Of a stretch of DNA of 37,479 nucleotides, positions 24,950 to 35,549 are shown piece after piece. The first letter of the stretch is position 1. The number at the start of each line of letters is the position of its first letter. A program made the position numbers and the translations under genes. The notes below the pieces were generated by a model. The model ran no database searches, was not told the DNA's origin, and worked only from the letters and a program-made list of their open reading frames with translations. Location of the stretch: assembly GCA_964425065.1 (NCBI GenBank), contig CAYRLN010000001.1:1-37479 (forward strand), written 5' to 3'. The DNA comes from an uncultured Lachnospiraceae bacterium (lineage in GTDB: Bacteria; Bacillota; Clostridia; Lachnospirales; Lachnospiraceae).

Positions 24950-27850
24950 ATGAAAATGGGTATGAAACCGGGTAACGGCAATGTAGAAATATTGGTGGAG
25001 GAATGTGCTTTTGAAGGTGTAAAGCGCATTGCAAAAAAAGTGGCAAAGGACATTGGACTGGTGACGGATTACTGCCCCCAGATCATAAACGAGAATGGAG
25101 TTTGCGCAGATGCTGCAAAGTCCCTGATTTTGTGTGGGACCGTGGACAACAGCCCGGCCCTGGCACGGCTGGAAGGAGAAGGAAAAATTGATCTTTCCGG
25201 TGTGCGCGGCAGGAGAGAAGTTTATAAGATAGCCTTTGTGGAAAATGCTTTTTTAGGGGTAAAGCAGACTCTGGTAATCTGCGGCAGTGACAAGAGAGGC
25301 ACAATTTACGGTATGTTTGCACTGTCTGAGTATGTCGGCGTGACGCCGCTTTGCTTCTGGGGAGATGCGGCACCGGCAAAGAACAAGGAACTCACCGTGG
25401 AAAAAGACATTGAGACCTTATCCAAGGAACCCAGTGTAAAATACAGAGGATTTTTTATCAATGACGAGTGGCCCTGTTTTGGCAATTGGGTATGCTCCCA
25501 TTATGGTGATTTTAACGCGGAGGCATATGAACATGTCTTTGAATTTTTGCTTCGAATGAAAGGCAATTATCTGTGGCCTGCTATGTGGAGTGCGTCCTTC
25601 CCTCTAGACGGACCCGGCAGTGCCAATGAGGAGCTGGCAGACATTTACGGGGTCGTGATGGGGTACTCTCATCATGAACCTTGTCTGCGCGCCAGCGAAG
25701 AATGGGATAAAGTCAGAGGACCTGAGACAAAGTATGGAAACGAGTGGAATTTCTATACAAACGAACAGGGACTTTTAAATTATTGGGAGGATGCGTTAAT
25801 CCGCAGCGGTAAGTATGAGAATATGATTACCATCGGTATGCGGGGTGAGAGGGATACTTCCATGTTGGGCGACGATGCCACTGTGGCAGAAAATATCGCG
25901 CTGTTAAAGAGAATTATCACCAAGCAAAGAGAGTTAATTCAGAAGCATGTAAATGAGGATCTCAGTAAGGTGCCCCAGCTTCTGGCTCTTTACAAGGAAG
26001 TGGAAGAATATTATTACGGCGGTGAGGGCGTTCCCGGTCTGAAGGATTGGGACGGCTTGGACGGCGTGACCTGTATGTTGTGTGAAGATAACTTTGGCCA
26101 TATGCGCACCCTTCCCACTGAGGAAGTCAGGGGACGTAACGGTGGCTTTGGCATGTATTACCATTATGATTATCACGGTGGCCCCGTGTCCTATGAATGG
26201 GTGGCTTCCACACCCTTTTCTAAGATGTGGGAACAGATGAGCATGGCTTATGAATACGGAATCCGCGATGTGTGGATTGTGAATGTGGGTGATGTGAAAT
26301 TCCAAGAAGTTCCACTTACCTACTTCCTTGCGCTGGCTTATGATTATGACAAATGGGGATATGGGAATAAGGACAGCTACTTGGAATATGCAAGGTTATG
26401 GAGCGAAAAGACATTCCCCGAAGCAGGCGAGTATCAGGAAAAAATAGCAAAAGTATTGCTGGACTATATCGATACCAATCATATGAGAAGACCGGAAGCT
26501 TTGCATGAAGGTATTTATCATCCCTGCCATTACGGGGAAACGGACCGGATGCTGAAAAAAGCGGATGAAATACAGAACCTTTCCGTGGAAATATACGAAG
26601 CGCTGAATGAAAGAGAAAAGAAGGCATATTACAGCACCATTCATTTTTCGGCCATGGCTTCCATGAATTTGCTGAAAATGCATCTGTATGCCGGAAAAAA
26701 CAAACATTATGCAATGCAGGGCAGACCTATTGCCAACTATTATGGGGAACAGGTGTCTGCGTGCATTAAAAAAGATAGGGAACTGGCAGAGGAATTTGCT
26801 GCTTTTGAAGGCGGCAAATGGAATGGAATGCAGCTGGCGCAGCATATCGGTTTTGTGACATGGAATGAGGATGGCTACCGTTATCCCATTATCATGCAGG
26901 TGGAACCGGCACACAAGGCCCGCATGACCGTTTCCAGAAAAGATGAGGCAAGGATTGCCGTAAAAAATTATGGTGCTCCGCAGGCGATTTCGGTAAATGA
27001 TTTTACCAATCCCGATGTGGATAGTGCGGTAATTGAAATCGCAAACGGGGGCGCACAGAAATTTACCTATGAGATTACGGCAGCAGGCGGCGAGATTCCC
27101 AAATGGCTTGTGGTAGAGCCTGTCAAAGGTGAAGTGGAAATGCTTCAGGAGGTAACATTGAGTTGCCGGAAGGAAGAGCTGCCGGAGGGCGAGCAGAAGG
27201 TACGCCTGTTGGTGCGCGGAGAAGAAACCTGCGTGGCAGTGGATGTTTCAGCAGGCAAAGTCTCCACGGAAGGAATTCCCGAGGGAACATTTTTTGCAAG
27301 AGACGGCGTAATCGTTATGAATGCAGACCATTTTGCCGAAAAAAAAGATGTAGATAAAGGTTCCTGGACTGTAATCGGAGGTTACGGAAGTTATGGTGCG
27401 GGAGTAAAAGTAATGCCTTCCACCGCGTCCTTTGAGAGCGCAGAGGAAAAGCCGGGCCTTACATACCGTTTTTATCTGGAGGAAGCGGGAGAATATCAGG
27501 TGGAAGTGCTGACGGCACCCACGAATCCCGTGTCCATGGGAAGCAGTATGAATGTTATGCTGCAGGCAGGAAAAGGTGTGCCTGTAAAGGTACAGCTCGT
27601 TCCCGAAGATTTCAGGGCGGGCGATAACCGTGACTGGAGATGGTGCCGGGGCGTATTGGAACAGGTGCGGAAGGTGACGGTTCCCATGACTTTTGGTTCA
27701 GGGGTGCAACAACTTACTTTAGGCGCACTGGATGCCGGTGTTGTGGTTGAGAGAATTCGGATTTACAAAAAGAAAGAAGATTTGAAGGATTCCTATCTCG
27801 GACCACAGGAGACATACAGAGTGCAGGCGATTATCGGGGAAACAAAATGA
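24950..27850 (+). CDS. Glycoside hydrolase family 115 (xylan alpha-1,2-glucuronidase)
   Basis: GSDKRGTIYG, PSVKYRGFFINDEWP, LRMKGNYLWPAMW, GYSHHEP, GMRGERD and WIVNVGDVK motifs; no signal peptide. Confidence 0.92.
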   Translation: MKMGMKPGNGNVEILVEECAFEGVKRIAKKVAKDIGLVTDYCPQIINENGVCADAAKSLILCGTVDNSPALARLEGEGKIDLSGVRGRREVYKIAFVENAFLGVKQTLVICGSDKRGTIYGMFALSEYVGVTPLCFWGDAAPAKNKELTVEKDIETLSKEPSVKYRGFFINDEWPCFGNWVCSHYGDFNAEAYEHVFEFLLRMKGNYLWPAMWSASFPLDGPGSANEELADIYGVVMGYSHHEPCLRASEEWDKVRGPETKYGNEWNFYTNEQGLLNYWEDALIRSGKYENMITIGMRGERDTSMLGDDATVAENIALLKRIITKQRELIQKHVNEDLSKVPQLLALYKEVEEYYYGGEGVPGLKDWDGLDGVTCMLCEDNFGHMRTLPTEEVRGRNGGFGMYYHYDYHGGPVSYEWVASTPFSKMWEQMSMAYEYGIRDVWIVNVGDVKFQEVPLTYFLALAYDYDKWGYGNKDSYLEYARLWSEKTFPEAGEYQEKIAKVLLDYIDTNHMRRPEALHEGIYHPCHYGETDRMLKKADEIQNLSVEIYEALNEREKKAYYSTIHFSAMASMNLLKMHLYAGKNKHYAMQGRPIANYYGEQVSACIKKDRELAEEFAAFEGGKWNGMQLAQHIGFVTWNEDGYRYPIIMQVEPAHKARMTVSRKDEARIAVKNYGAPQAISVNDFTNPDVDSAVIEIANGGAQKFTYEITAAGGEIPKWLVVEPVKGEVEMLQEVTLSCRKEELPEGEQKVRLLVRGEETCVAVDVSAGKVSTEGIPEGTFFARDGVIVMNADHFAEKKDVDKGSWTVIGGYGSYGAGVKVMPSTASFESAEEKPGLTYRFYLEEAGEYQVEVLTAPTNPVSMGSSMNVMLQAGKGVPVKVQLVPEDFRAGDNRDWRWCRGVLEQVRKVTVPMTFGSGVQQLTLGALDAGVVVERIRIYKKKEDLKDSYLGPQETYRVQAIIGETK

Positions 27851-28944
27851 AATTAAAAAAAGTGACAAAAAAAGTATTGGGTATGCTGGTGGGTCTTTTG
27901 ACGTTTGCCGGTTGCGGCGGCGTGGAAGATACGGACAGCGTGGTTATGATTGAACAGGACAGGGAAGAAATTGTCTACGATTTGGCTGTGGCAACGGTTG
28001 GGGATGTGGAGAAAACCGTAAGTCTCAGGTGCGATTATGAGCAGGAGGACGACGAAGACATCAGTTTTTCCCTGAGCGGAAAGAGAATCGCATCGGTCTA
28101 TGTCAAACAGGGAGACCATGTGGAAAAAGGCCAGCTTCTGGCACAACTCAGCGGCGGAAGTCTTGAGTCGGAAATTGAGAGGCTGGAGTATCAGATTGCC
28201 CGGAATAAATTACTCCTGGAATATTCTCTTATCAATGAGAACGACCAGATATCCAATATGTGGCTTAACCACATTTTTGGATACAATACCTCCCAGGCGG
28301 CAACAGAGGCGTTGAAGAAATCCGTGGCGGCACTGCAGCAAAGCGGCGAATATGCCAGAGAAGATTATCAGGACGCCATCGCTTTGGACGAACTTCAACT
28401 TGCCCAAATGAAAGAAGAGTTGGAACAAAGCCGTGTTTATGCGGGAATGTCGGGAACCGTTTCCTGGCTGCGGGAGGGACTGGAAGGGTCTACGTCTACC
28501 AAGGGCGAAAAGATTATGACCATCATTGACAGTTCAAAGTGCCTTTTTGTGACGTCGAAAGAAGAATACATACAGTACTTTTCGGACGGAATGGAAATAC
28601 AGGTAAATATCACCTCCGGAACCGGTGCCGGAAGTTATACGGTTACTCCCTACCTGATGGATAATTGGGGAGAGAAACAAACCTTTAAAATGGTGTCGGA
28701 CGGCGGCGAAAGTATTATTGAAGTAGGCGCCATGGGCACCATGAAACTGGTAATTGACAGAAGAGAAAGCGTGTTGAATATTCCCAAAGGTGCAGTGCAT
28801 GAAGCGGACGGTAAGGCGTATGTGTATGTGCTGGGTGAGAATAATATGCGTGAAATTAAGTGGATTGAAACCGGGTTGTACGGCGACCAGACGGTGGAAG
28901 TAATATCCGGCCTGACAAGGGGAGAGAAGGTTGTTTTGAAATGA
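27847..28944 (+). CDS. Membrane-fusion/periplasmic adaptor (MacA/HlyD-like) lipoprotein
   Basis: Lipobox TFAGC; lipoyl half-motifs VYVKQGDHVEKGQLLAQL and AGMSGTV; coiled-coil hairpin; IPKGAV...VEVISGLTRGEKV. Confidence 0.88.
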   Translation: MKLKKVTKKVLGMLVGLLTFAGCGGVEDTDSVVMIEQDREEIVYDLAVATVGDVEKTVSLRCDYEQEDDEDISFSLSGKRIASVYVKQGDHVEKGQLLAQLSGGSLESEIERLEYQIARNKLLLEYSLINENDQISNMWLNHIFGYNTSQAATEALKKSVAALQQSGEYAREDYQDAIALDELQLAQMKEELEQSRVYAGMSGTVSWLREGLEGSTSTKGEKIMTIIDSSKCLFVTSKEEYIQYFSDGMEIQVNITSGTGAGSYTVTPYLMDNWGEKQTFKMVSDGGESIIEVGAMGTMKLVIDRRESVLNIPKGAVHEADGKAYVYVLGENNMREIKWIETGLYGDQTVEVISGLTRGEKVVLK

Positions 28945-31190
28945 TGAAGAAACGTGGTATGGCAGGAAAGGGAATAACGGCGGTTTTCCTCTGTTTTTCG
29001 TGCTTTTTTTCGGGATGCGCGGGAAAGGGTGCAGAGGCCGTCTCAGAAAATATCGAATTAATCGATCCGGTAAACTCAGTGGCAGAGTACGAAGTCGCGG
29101 CATACCGGAACCTTTATGATGTGGAAATTTACTCTGCCTCCGTGCTTCCTTATGTGGTGGAATATTCCTTCGCAGAAAGTGAGAAATTTCTGGGATACGG
29201 CGCACTTCCGGGAGAGCACGTAGAGGAAAATGATACACTGGCGTATTCGGATTATGAGTCTATTGATGCCCAGATTGAAGCCATGGAAGAGCGGATTGAG
29301 GCCATGGATGAGGACTATCTGACCTACAAGCAGGAACTGGAAGAAGAATGGGCAGAGACAAAATATACCCGGGAGTCTTACAAAAGCGTGTATGAAAACT
29401 GCTTGAAAAATGAGCCGGCGCCCTATGTGAAAGAAGAGGTTGAAACGGAAGAAAGCGGCGGTGATACCCAAGAGGAAAGTGACGGTAGCGGTGAAAGCAA
29501 CGGAAGCGATGAAGGGGAGGATGCGGCTTATATAGAATGGCAGAAGGCATATGCCATCTGGGAGCAACAGACCCACGAGTGGGAAGGAAAGTACCGCAAA
29601 CTGGCGTATACCATCGAGTTGCAGGAAAGGGCTTTGGAACAGAAAACGGCGCTTTACCGGTTGGATAGGGCTTACTACGTGACACAACTGGAGCGATTAA
29701 AAGAACAGCGGAAAGACGGAAGCATTCTCGCCGGTATGAGCGGAGAAATTGTGGCAATCAGTGATTTGTCCTACGGGGAAACTGTTTCAAAGGAAAAACC
29801 CATTGTGGCAGTGGGCAACATGGAAACAAAGGTGCTGAAGTGCAATTATATCAGCAGCGTGGTAATGTCGGGCGCAGAAGAAATCTACGCGTTTGTTGAC
29901 GGAAAAAAATACGAGGTGGAATATCAGGCAATCAGTGCGGAAGAATACACGGAACTGACGGCGGCAGGGGAAACGGTATATTCTACTTTTTATCTTTTGG
30001 ATGATGCGGACGAAGTGAAAATCGGTGATTTTGCTGTGATTGTGGTAGTGGGCGAGCGCAGGGAGAATGTGCTTTCGGTACCGAAAGATGCCATACATAA
30101 GGACGAGGCAGGACATTATGTATATGTTTTGGAAGATGACGAGAGCATATATACCTATGTGGAAACCGGTATGAGCGATGGCGCTTACACAGAAATTGAG
30201 TCCGGACTCAGTGCAGGGCAAAAGGTACTTTTGACCGCCGCTACACAATATGGAAATGAAACGGCAAAGGTGCAGATGGGCAGTTTTAGCAGCACCTTTG
30301 AGGGCAGCGGTTATATGTATTATCCTTCCAGCAGAATGGTGCAAAATCCCATTGAATACGGAACGGTGTATTTTGGGGAAATGCTGGTTTCCCAGTATCA
30401 GCATGTGGAGAAAGGCGATGTGATAGCCACGGTTCATGTGCAGATGGATGAACTGGAGTTAAAGCGTCAGGAAACGAAACTGGCAAGACTGGAAGAGAGA
30501 CTGCAGGATTATCGGGAACAAAATGCAGGAGATACTTCGGAAGCGGTTTTGGAGAACATTGCATCAAGGCAGGAAGCCATTGATGAAGTGAAAGAACTGA
30601 TTGCCGACATGAAAGCGGACGGCGCAACCACAGAGATAAAGGCTGACCGTACCGGTATTATTATATGGACCGCAAACCATGAAGCGGAAGATATCTTATA
30701 TGCAAACGAAAATCTGTTGCAGGTTGCAGATGAAGATACCTGCTATGTTATTTTAGAGAATACAAATCAATTGCTCAATTACGGGAATGAAGTGAGCATC
30801 GGTTACGAGGACAGGGAAGGAAATGCCAAAACTGCTTCCGGAACCGTTGCCAGCGTAGCGGCAGCAGGGCTGAGCAGTGCGCTTGGCGCAGAGTATTCCA
30901 TGATTTTGTTGCCACCGGAGGTTATTTCCGATATGGCGGTTGCCACACAAGGCTACTATGGCTGGTGGAACCGGAACCGTTACACGGTAACTGCAGTAAT
31001 CAGAGAGATGAACAATGTATTGGTGGTTCCCAGAAGTGCGGTGACGGAAATTGCGGGAAATACCTATGTGTATGTAATAGATGAGAACGGAAACGTTACG
31101 GCAAAGAGTTTTGTGGCAGGTGGCTTTGACAGTTCAAACTATTGGGTGATTGAAGGTCTTTCGGAAGGAATGAACGTATGCTTAAAATAA
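28941..31190 (+). CDS. Lipoprotein with two tandem membrane-fusion/adaptor modules
   Basis: Lipobox FSGC; module 1 ends VPKDAI...TEIESGLSAGQKV; module 2 has QHVEKGDVIA and ends VPRSAV...VIEGLSEGMNV. Confidence 0.85.
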   Translation: MMKKRGMAGKGITAVFLCFSCFFSGCAGKGAEAVSENIELIDPVNSVAEYEVAAYRNLYDVEIYSASVLPYVVEYSFAESEKFLGYGALPGEHVEENDTLAYSDYESIDAQIEAMEERIEAMDEDYLTYKQELEEEWAETKYTRESYKSVYENCLKNEPAPYVKEEVETEESGGDTQEESDGSGESNGSDEGEDAAYIEWQKAYAIWEQQTHEWEGKYRKLAYTIELQERALEQKTALYRLDRAYYVTQLERLKEQRKDGSILAGMSGEIVAISDLSYGETVSKEKPIVAVGNMETKVLKCNYISSVVMSGAEEIYAFVDGKKYEVEYQAISAEEYTELTAAGETVYSTFYLLDDADEVKIGDFAVIVVVGERRENVLSVPKDAIHKDEAGHYVYVLEDDESIYTYVETGMSDGAYTEIESGLSAGQKVLLTAATQYGNETAKVQMGSFSSTFEGSGYMYYPSSRMVQNPIEYGTVYFGEMLVSQYQHVEKGDVIATVHVQMDELELKRQETKLARLEERLQDYREQNAGDTSEAVLENIASRQEAIDEVKELIADMKADGATTEIKADRTGIIIWTANHEAEDILYANENLLQVADEDTCYVILENTNQLLNYGNEVSIGYEDREGNAKTASGTVASVAAAGLSSALGAEYSMILLPPEVISDMAVATQGYYGWWNRNRYTVTAVIREMNNVLVVPRSAVTEIAGNTYVYVIDENGNVTAKSFVAGGFDSSNYWVIEGLSEGMNVCLK

Positions 31191-33982
31191 TGTTGCAGAA
31201 ACTGTGGCATAAGAAATGGATGGTCATGTGCCTGCTTTTGGGAAGTTTACTGCTGATTGCTACGGTGGTGAGTTTTCCTATGTATCGCAGCGCGGCATTT
31301 GACAGAATGTTACAGGATGAATTTAAAAATAGCTTGTTGGCAGAAAGTGAATGGCCTGCCTACAACAAGATGGTAATTATATCCAAAAAGGATGCAAAAG
31401 GAAGCGCCATCAGCAGGATGGAAGGTCTGATGGATGAAATCCATGAAAAAATGGGTGTTACCAAGAAGGAGAATATCGTTTACTATGCCCTTGCCAAGAC
31501 CGGTGTAAATTCCGTTATCGAGAGGGCGGATTTAAAAAATCTTTCTTTGAGGTTAGGTTCTTTAAACGGGCTTGCACAGCATGCAAAGTTACTTTCGGGA
31601 GAAATGTACTCGGAAGACGGAATGACGGAGGATGGCTATATTGAAGTGGTAATCAGTCAGGCCTGCATGGTCAGTGCGAATCTGCTTCTGGGCGATCTGC
31701 TGGAATTTGACTCGCTGAAGGATGTGGAGGGTAATCCAATCCGCATGAAGGTTGTGGGCGTGTATGACTGGGAGGATTCCACGGATTTCTTTTGGCAGAT
31801 TACGCCGGATGAAATGGACGGAGTGTGTCTGATGGAGGAGAATCTCTTCCACCGGATGTTCACAGGGGAAAATGCGGGGAAATATACCCTGACCTGTACC
31901 TATGTCCCTATGTTTGAGTACGAAGATATAAAAGCGAGCCAGGTGGACCAAATTCAGGAATACACAAAGTGGCTGACCCAGGAGAGTTCTTACCGTAATA
32001 CGATTACGGAAACTACATATACGGAAGTGTTGGACAGTTTTGAGAAAAAACAGGACCGGATAGAGGCTACTCTGTTTATTTTGCAGGTGCCCGTTCTGAT
32101 TTTGCTGGGTGCGTTTCTGTTTATGATTTCCGGACAGATGTACGATATGGAACGGAATGAAATCTCTGTGATGAAGAGCAGGGGTGCATCGGGAGCACAG
32201 ATATTCCGGTTATATCTGTTCCAGAGTATTTTTCTGACTTTGCTGGGAAGCCTGTTGGGGTTGCCGCTGGGAAGCGTATTCTGCCGTATGCTTGGGTCTA
32301 CGGGAAATTTCCTGGAGTTTAACATCCACAGAGAACTGAACGTGGAGTATACCCGGGAGGTTTGGACTTATGCCCTTGTGGCTGTGCTTGCCTCCATTCT
32401 GATTATGACCGTCCCGGCACTGAAGCACAGCAGATTGACGATTGTAAAATTAAAGCAACAGAAAGCACTGAAGAAAAGTGCACTGTGGGAAAAACTTTTC
32501 CTGGATGTCATTTGTCTGGGAGTGGCTTTTTACGGATATTATAGTTTTAAAAAGAATCAGAACGTGTTGGTACAGGATGTACTGATGGGAGAAGCCTTAG
32601 ATCCCTTGTTGTATTTGAGTTCCTCCCTGTTTATTGTGGGAATGGGACTGTTGTTTTTGCGGTTACAGCCGCTTCTGATTAAACTGGTGTACCAGATTGG
32701 CAAGCGTTTTTGGAAGCCTGCCAGTTATGCTTCCTTTATGGAAAATTTGAAGAACGGCAGAAAACAACAGTTTATTATGCTGTTTATGATTCTCACCATT
32801 TCTCTTGGTATGTTTCATGCAACCGTAGCCCGCACGATTTTGCAGAATGCGCGGGATAATGCGGATTATCTTGCCGGAGCGGATTTTATTATAAAAGAAG
32901 TGTGGGACGATAATTCGGCCTTCGCGTCTGTGGACAGCAGTGTGGAGTTCCAGTATATCGAGCCCGATTACAGCAAATATGCGGGAGCGCCGGGCGTGGC
33001 ATCCTATACCCGTGTAATCTATGACGAGAAGGCTACCCTGAAAAACAGTGGCGGCCAGAGGATTACCCTGATGGGTATTCATACGAAGGAGTTCGGAATG
33101 AGTACCAATCTTCCCGAAGGTTTGATGGAAAAGCATTATTATACCTATTTGAATGAGTTGGCGGTGGAAGCCCAGGGAATCTTGGTATCCCGGAACTTTG
33201 AAACACAGCTGGGTTACAAAGTGGGGGACAGTGTGGATTATGCGGACGGCGACGGAAACAGTATCCGTGGAAAAATTGTGGATTTCTTTGATTACTGGCC
33301 GGGATATGAGCCCACAACCACAAGCCTTAACAGCGATGGCAGTGTGAACACCACTTCCAATTATCTGGTAGTGGCAAATTATTCCACTCTGCAGCAAAAA
33401 TGGGGAACCGTGCCCTACGAAGTGTGGGTTACAATGAAGGACGGTGCAGACACAGAGGAGTTTAAGGCGTGGATACAGGAGGAAGGTTTGCGGCTTAGGA
33501 AGTTCTCCGATAAAGAGGCTTCTCTGGAAGCGGTTTCCGAAGATCCTCTGTTGCAGGGAACGAACGGTGTGCTCACCATGGGATTCATTGTGACGATTAT
33601 CCTGTGCGGGGTAGGATATCTGATTTATTGGATTATGTCTATCCGTTCCAGGGAAATGCTGTTTGGTGTACTGCGTGCCTGTGGTATGCATAAGGGCGAA
33701 TTGTTCCATATGTTGATTAACGAACAGATTTTTTCAGGGTTGCTTTCCATCCTTGCAGGAATTGGTATCGGCAGTGTGGCGTCGGATATGTATGTACCGA
33801 TTTTGCAGACGGCATATGCGGCCACCAATCAGATATTACCTATGAAACTGATTACCAATCCGGAGGATTTGATCAGACTCTACAGCGTAATCGGCATTGT
33901 GGTTGTCGCATGTCTGGTTGTGTTAATCGCATTGGTATTTAAGTTGAATGTGGCGAAGGCACTTAAGTTGGGTGAAGAATAA
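31178..33982 (+). CDS. FtsX/MacB-type ABC permease with two repeats
   Basis: Two extracytoplasmic domains each followed by TM bundles with ERNEISVMKSRGAS and RSREMLFGVLRACGM motifs; C-terminal AKALKLGEE. Confidence 0.9.
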   Translation: MLKIMLQKLWHKKWMVMCLLLGSLLLIATVVSFPMYRSAAFDRMLQDEFKNSLLAESEWPAYNKMVIISKKDAKGSAISRMEGLMDEIHEKMGVTKKENIVYYALAKTGVNSVIERADLKNLSLRLGSLNGLAQHAKLLSGEMYSEDGMTEDGYIEVVISQACMVSANLLLGDLLEFDSLKDVEGNPIRMKVVGVYDWEDSTDFFWQITPDEMDGVCLMEENLFHRMFTGENAGKYTLTCTYVPMFEYEDIKASQVDQIQEYTKWLTQESSYRNTITETTYTEVLDSFEKKQDRIEATLFILQVPVLILLGAFLFMISGQMYDMERNEISVMKSRGASGAQIFRLYLFQSIFLTLLGSLLGLPLGSVFCRMLGSTGNFLEFNIHRELNVEYTREVWTYALVAVLASILIMTVPALKHSRLTIVKLKQQKALKKSALWEKLFLDVICLGVAFYGYYSFKKNQNVLVQDVLMGEALDPLLYLSSSLFIVGMGLLFLRLQPLLIKLVYQIGKRFWKPASYASFMENLKNGRKQQFIMLFMILTISLGMFHATVARTILQNARDNADYLAGADFIIKEVWDDNSAFASVDSSVEFQYIEPDYSKYAGAPGVASYTRVIYDEKATLKNSGGQRITLMGIHTKEFGMSTNLPEGLMEKHYYTYLNELAVEAQGILVSRNFETQLGYKVGDSVDYADGDGNSIRGKIVDFFDYWPGYEPTTTSLNSDGSVNTTSNYLVVANYSTLQQKWGTVPYEVWVTMKDGADTEEFKAWIQEEGLRLRKFSDKEASLEAVSEDPLLQGTNGVLTMGFIVTIILCGVGYLIYWIMSIRSREMLFGVLRACGMHKGELFHMLINEQIFSGLLSILAGIGIGSVASDMYVPILQTAYAATNQILPMKLITNPEDLIRLYSVIGIVVVACLVVLIALVFKLNVAKALKLGEE

Positions 33983-34677
33983 TGGCAGAAAAGGAAAAGA
34001 AAACAGCGATTGAAATTCGCGGCGTGAGTCACAGTTTTTCTGTGGCGGGCGGTGAGTTTTGGGCACTTAAAAATATTAATGTGGACATTCCGGAGGGCGT
34101 GCTTACGGTATTGAAAGGACGCTCCGGTTCCGGAAAAACCACGCTGTTAAACATTATAGGGGCACTGGATAAGCCGACTTGCGGAACGGTTGTTATGGAA
34201 GGTGTGGATATCGGTAAGTTATCCGATAAGGAAAGGGAAAATCTGCGAAGAACAAAAGTAGGTTTTGTATTCCAATCGGTATCCCTGATTCCCACCATGA
34301 ACGCCTTTCAGAATGTAGAATTTTCCCTGCGGCTGGCAGGGGTGAAGGGTGACCGGAAAAAGCGTGTGGAGGAGTGCCTGAAAATGGTAGGTCTGGGGAA
34401 CCGTATGCACCATATGCCGGCGGAGATGTCCGGCGGTGAACAGCAGAGAGTGGCTATTGCCAGAGCCATTGCCCACAGACCGAAGATTTTGTTGGCAGAT
34501 GAACCGACAGCGGAACTTGACAGTGCTATGGCGGCGGAAGTGGCAAAACTGTTTCAGGAGATGACGAAAACAGAAGGTGTTACCATATTGATGACAACAC
34601 ATGATATGGGACTTATGGATGCCGGCGATTTGGTGATTGAACTGGAAAACGGGGAGCAGATATGTCAGAAGCAATGA
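33982..34677 (+). CDS. ABC ATP-binding protein (LolD/MacB type)
   Basis: GRSGSGKTT, VGFVFQ, MSGGEQQRVAIARA, LADEPT, TTHD. Confidence 0.95.
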   Translation: MAEKEKKTAIEIRGVSHSFSVAGGEFWALKNINVDIPEGVLTVLKGRSGSGKTTLLNIIGALDKPTCGTVVMEGVDIGKLSDKERENLRRTKVGFVFQSVSLIPTMNAFQNVEFSLRLAGVKGDRKKRVEECLKMVGLGNRMHHMPAEMSGGEQQRVAIARAIAHRPKILLADEPTAELDSAMAAEVAKLFQEMTKTEGVTILMTTHDMGLMDAGDLVIELENGEQICQKQ

Positions 34678-35546
34678 TTCAGGCAGACGGCCTGGTAAAA
34701 ATTTATAAAACAAAGCAGACTGAGGTTCTTGCTCTTCAGGGACTTGATTTGACCGTGGAAGAGGGAGAATTGACAGCGTTAATCGGAAACAGCGGAAGCG
34801 GTAAATCCACCTTCTTAAATATGATAGGCGGGCTGGACAGACCAAGCGCAGGAAGCCTTGTGGTGGGCGGAAAGAATCTGTTTACCATGACGGAAAAAGA
34901 ACTGGTGGTATATAAGCGCGATACAGTTGGATTTGTCTGGCAGAATAACGGAAGAAACCTGCTTCCTTATTTGACCGTGCTGGAAAATATAATGTTGCCC
35001 ATGCATTTGTCCGATGGAAAGAAGAAGAGGGCAAAGGCACTGGAACTTTTGGAGATGGTTGGTTTGTCCGGTAAGAAATACAGCAGGATGAACATGCTTT
35101 CCGGCGGTGAGCAGCAGAGGGTTGCCATTGCCATTGCGCTGGCAAACTCACCGAAACTGCTGTTGGCGGATGAGCCTACGGGAAGTGTAGACCCCGGGAC
35201 AGCCAATTATATTTTCGATGTGTTTACGGAGCTGAACAGACAGGGGCAGACTATTTTGATTGTTACCCATGACGTGGCCCTTTCTAAGAAGGTAAAACGC
35301 GTGGTTGCCATCCGGGACGGTAAAATCAGCAGTGAGAGAATATTGAAGGAAAAATATGCGGACCGTCTGAAGGAGGCTTCCATTGACTGGCGTCATGAGG
35401 ATACCCAGGAGGAATATGTGATTATGGACAAGGCCGGCCGTGTACAGATTCCGAAAGAGATTATAAGTAGTTTGGAACTGAAAGATAATAAAGTGAAGCT
35501 GGAATTGCTGGATGGAAAAGTAATTATCAGCAGACCGGAGGGTTAA
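34662..35546 (+). CDS. ABC ATP-binding protein (LolD/MacB type) with C-terminal AbrB/SpoVT-like extension
   Basis: GNSGSGKST, LSGGEQQRVAIA, LADEPT, VTHD; tail IMDKAGRVQIPKEI. Confidence 0.92.
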   Translation: MSEAMIQADGLVKIYKTKQTEVLALQGLDLTVEEGELTALIGNSGSGKSTFLNMIGGLDRPSAGSLVVGGKNLFTMTEKELVVYKRDTVGFVWQNNGRNLLPYLTVLENIMLPMHLSDGKKKRAKALELLEMVGLSGKKYSRMNMLSGGEQQRVAIAIALANSPKLLLADEPTGSVDPGTANYIFDVFTELNRQGQTILIVTHDVALSKKVKRVVAIRDGKISSERILKEKYADRLKEASIDWRHEDTQEEYVIMDKAGRVQIPKEIISSLELKDNKVKLELLDGKVIISRPEG

Positions 35547-35549
35547 AAT

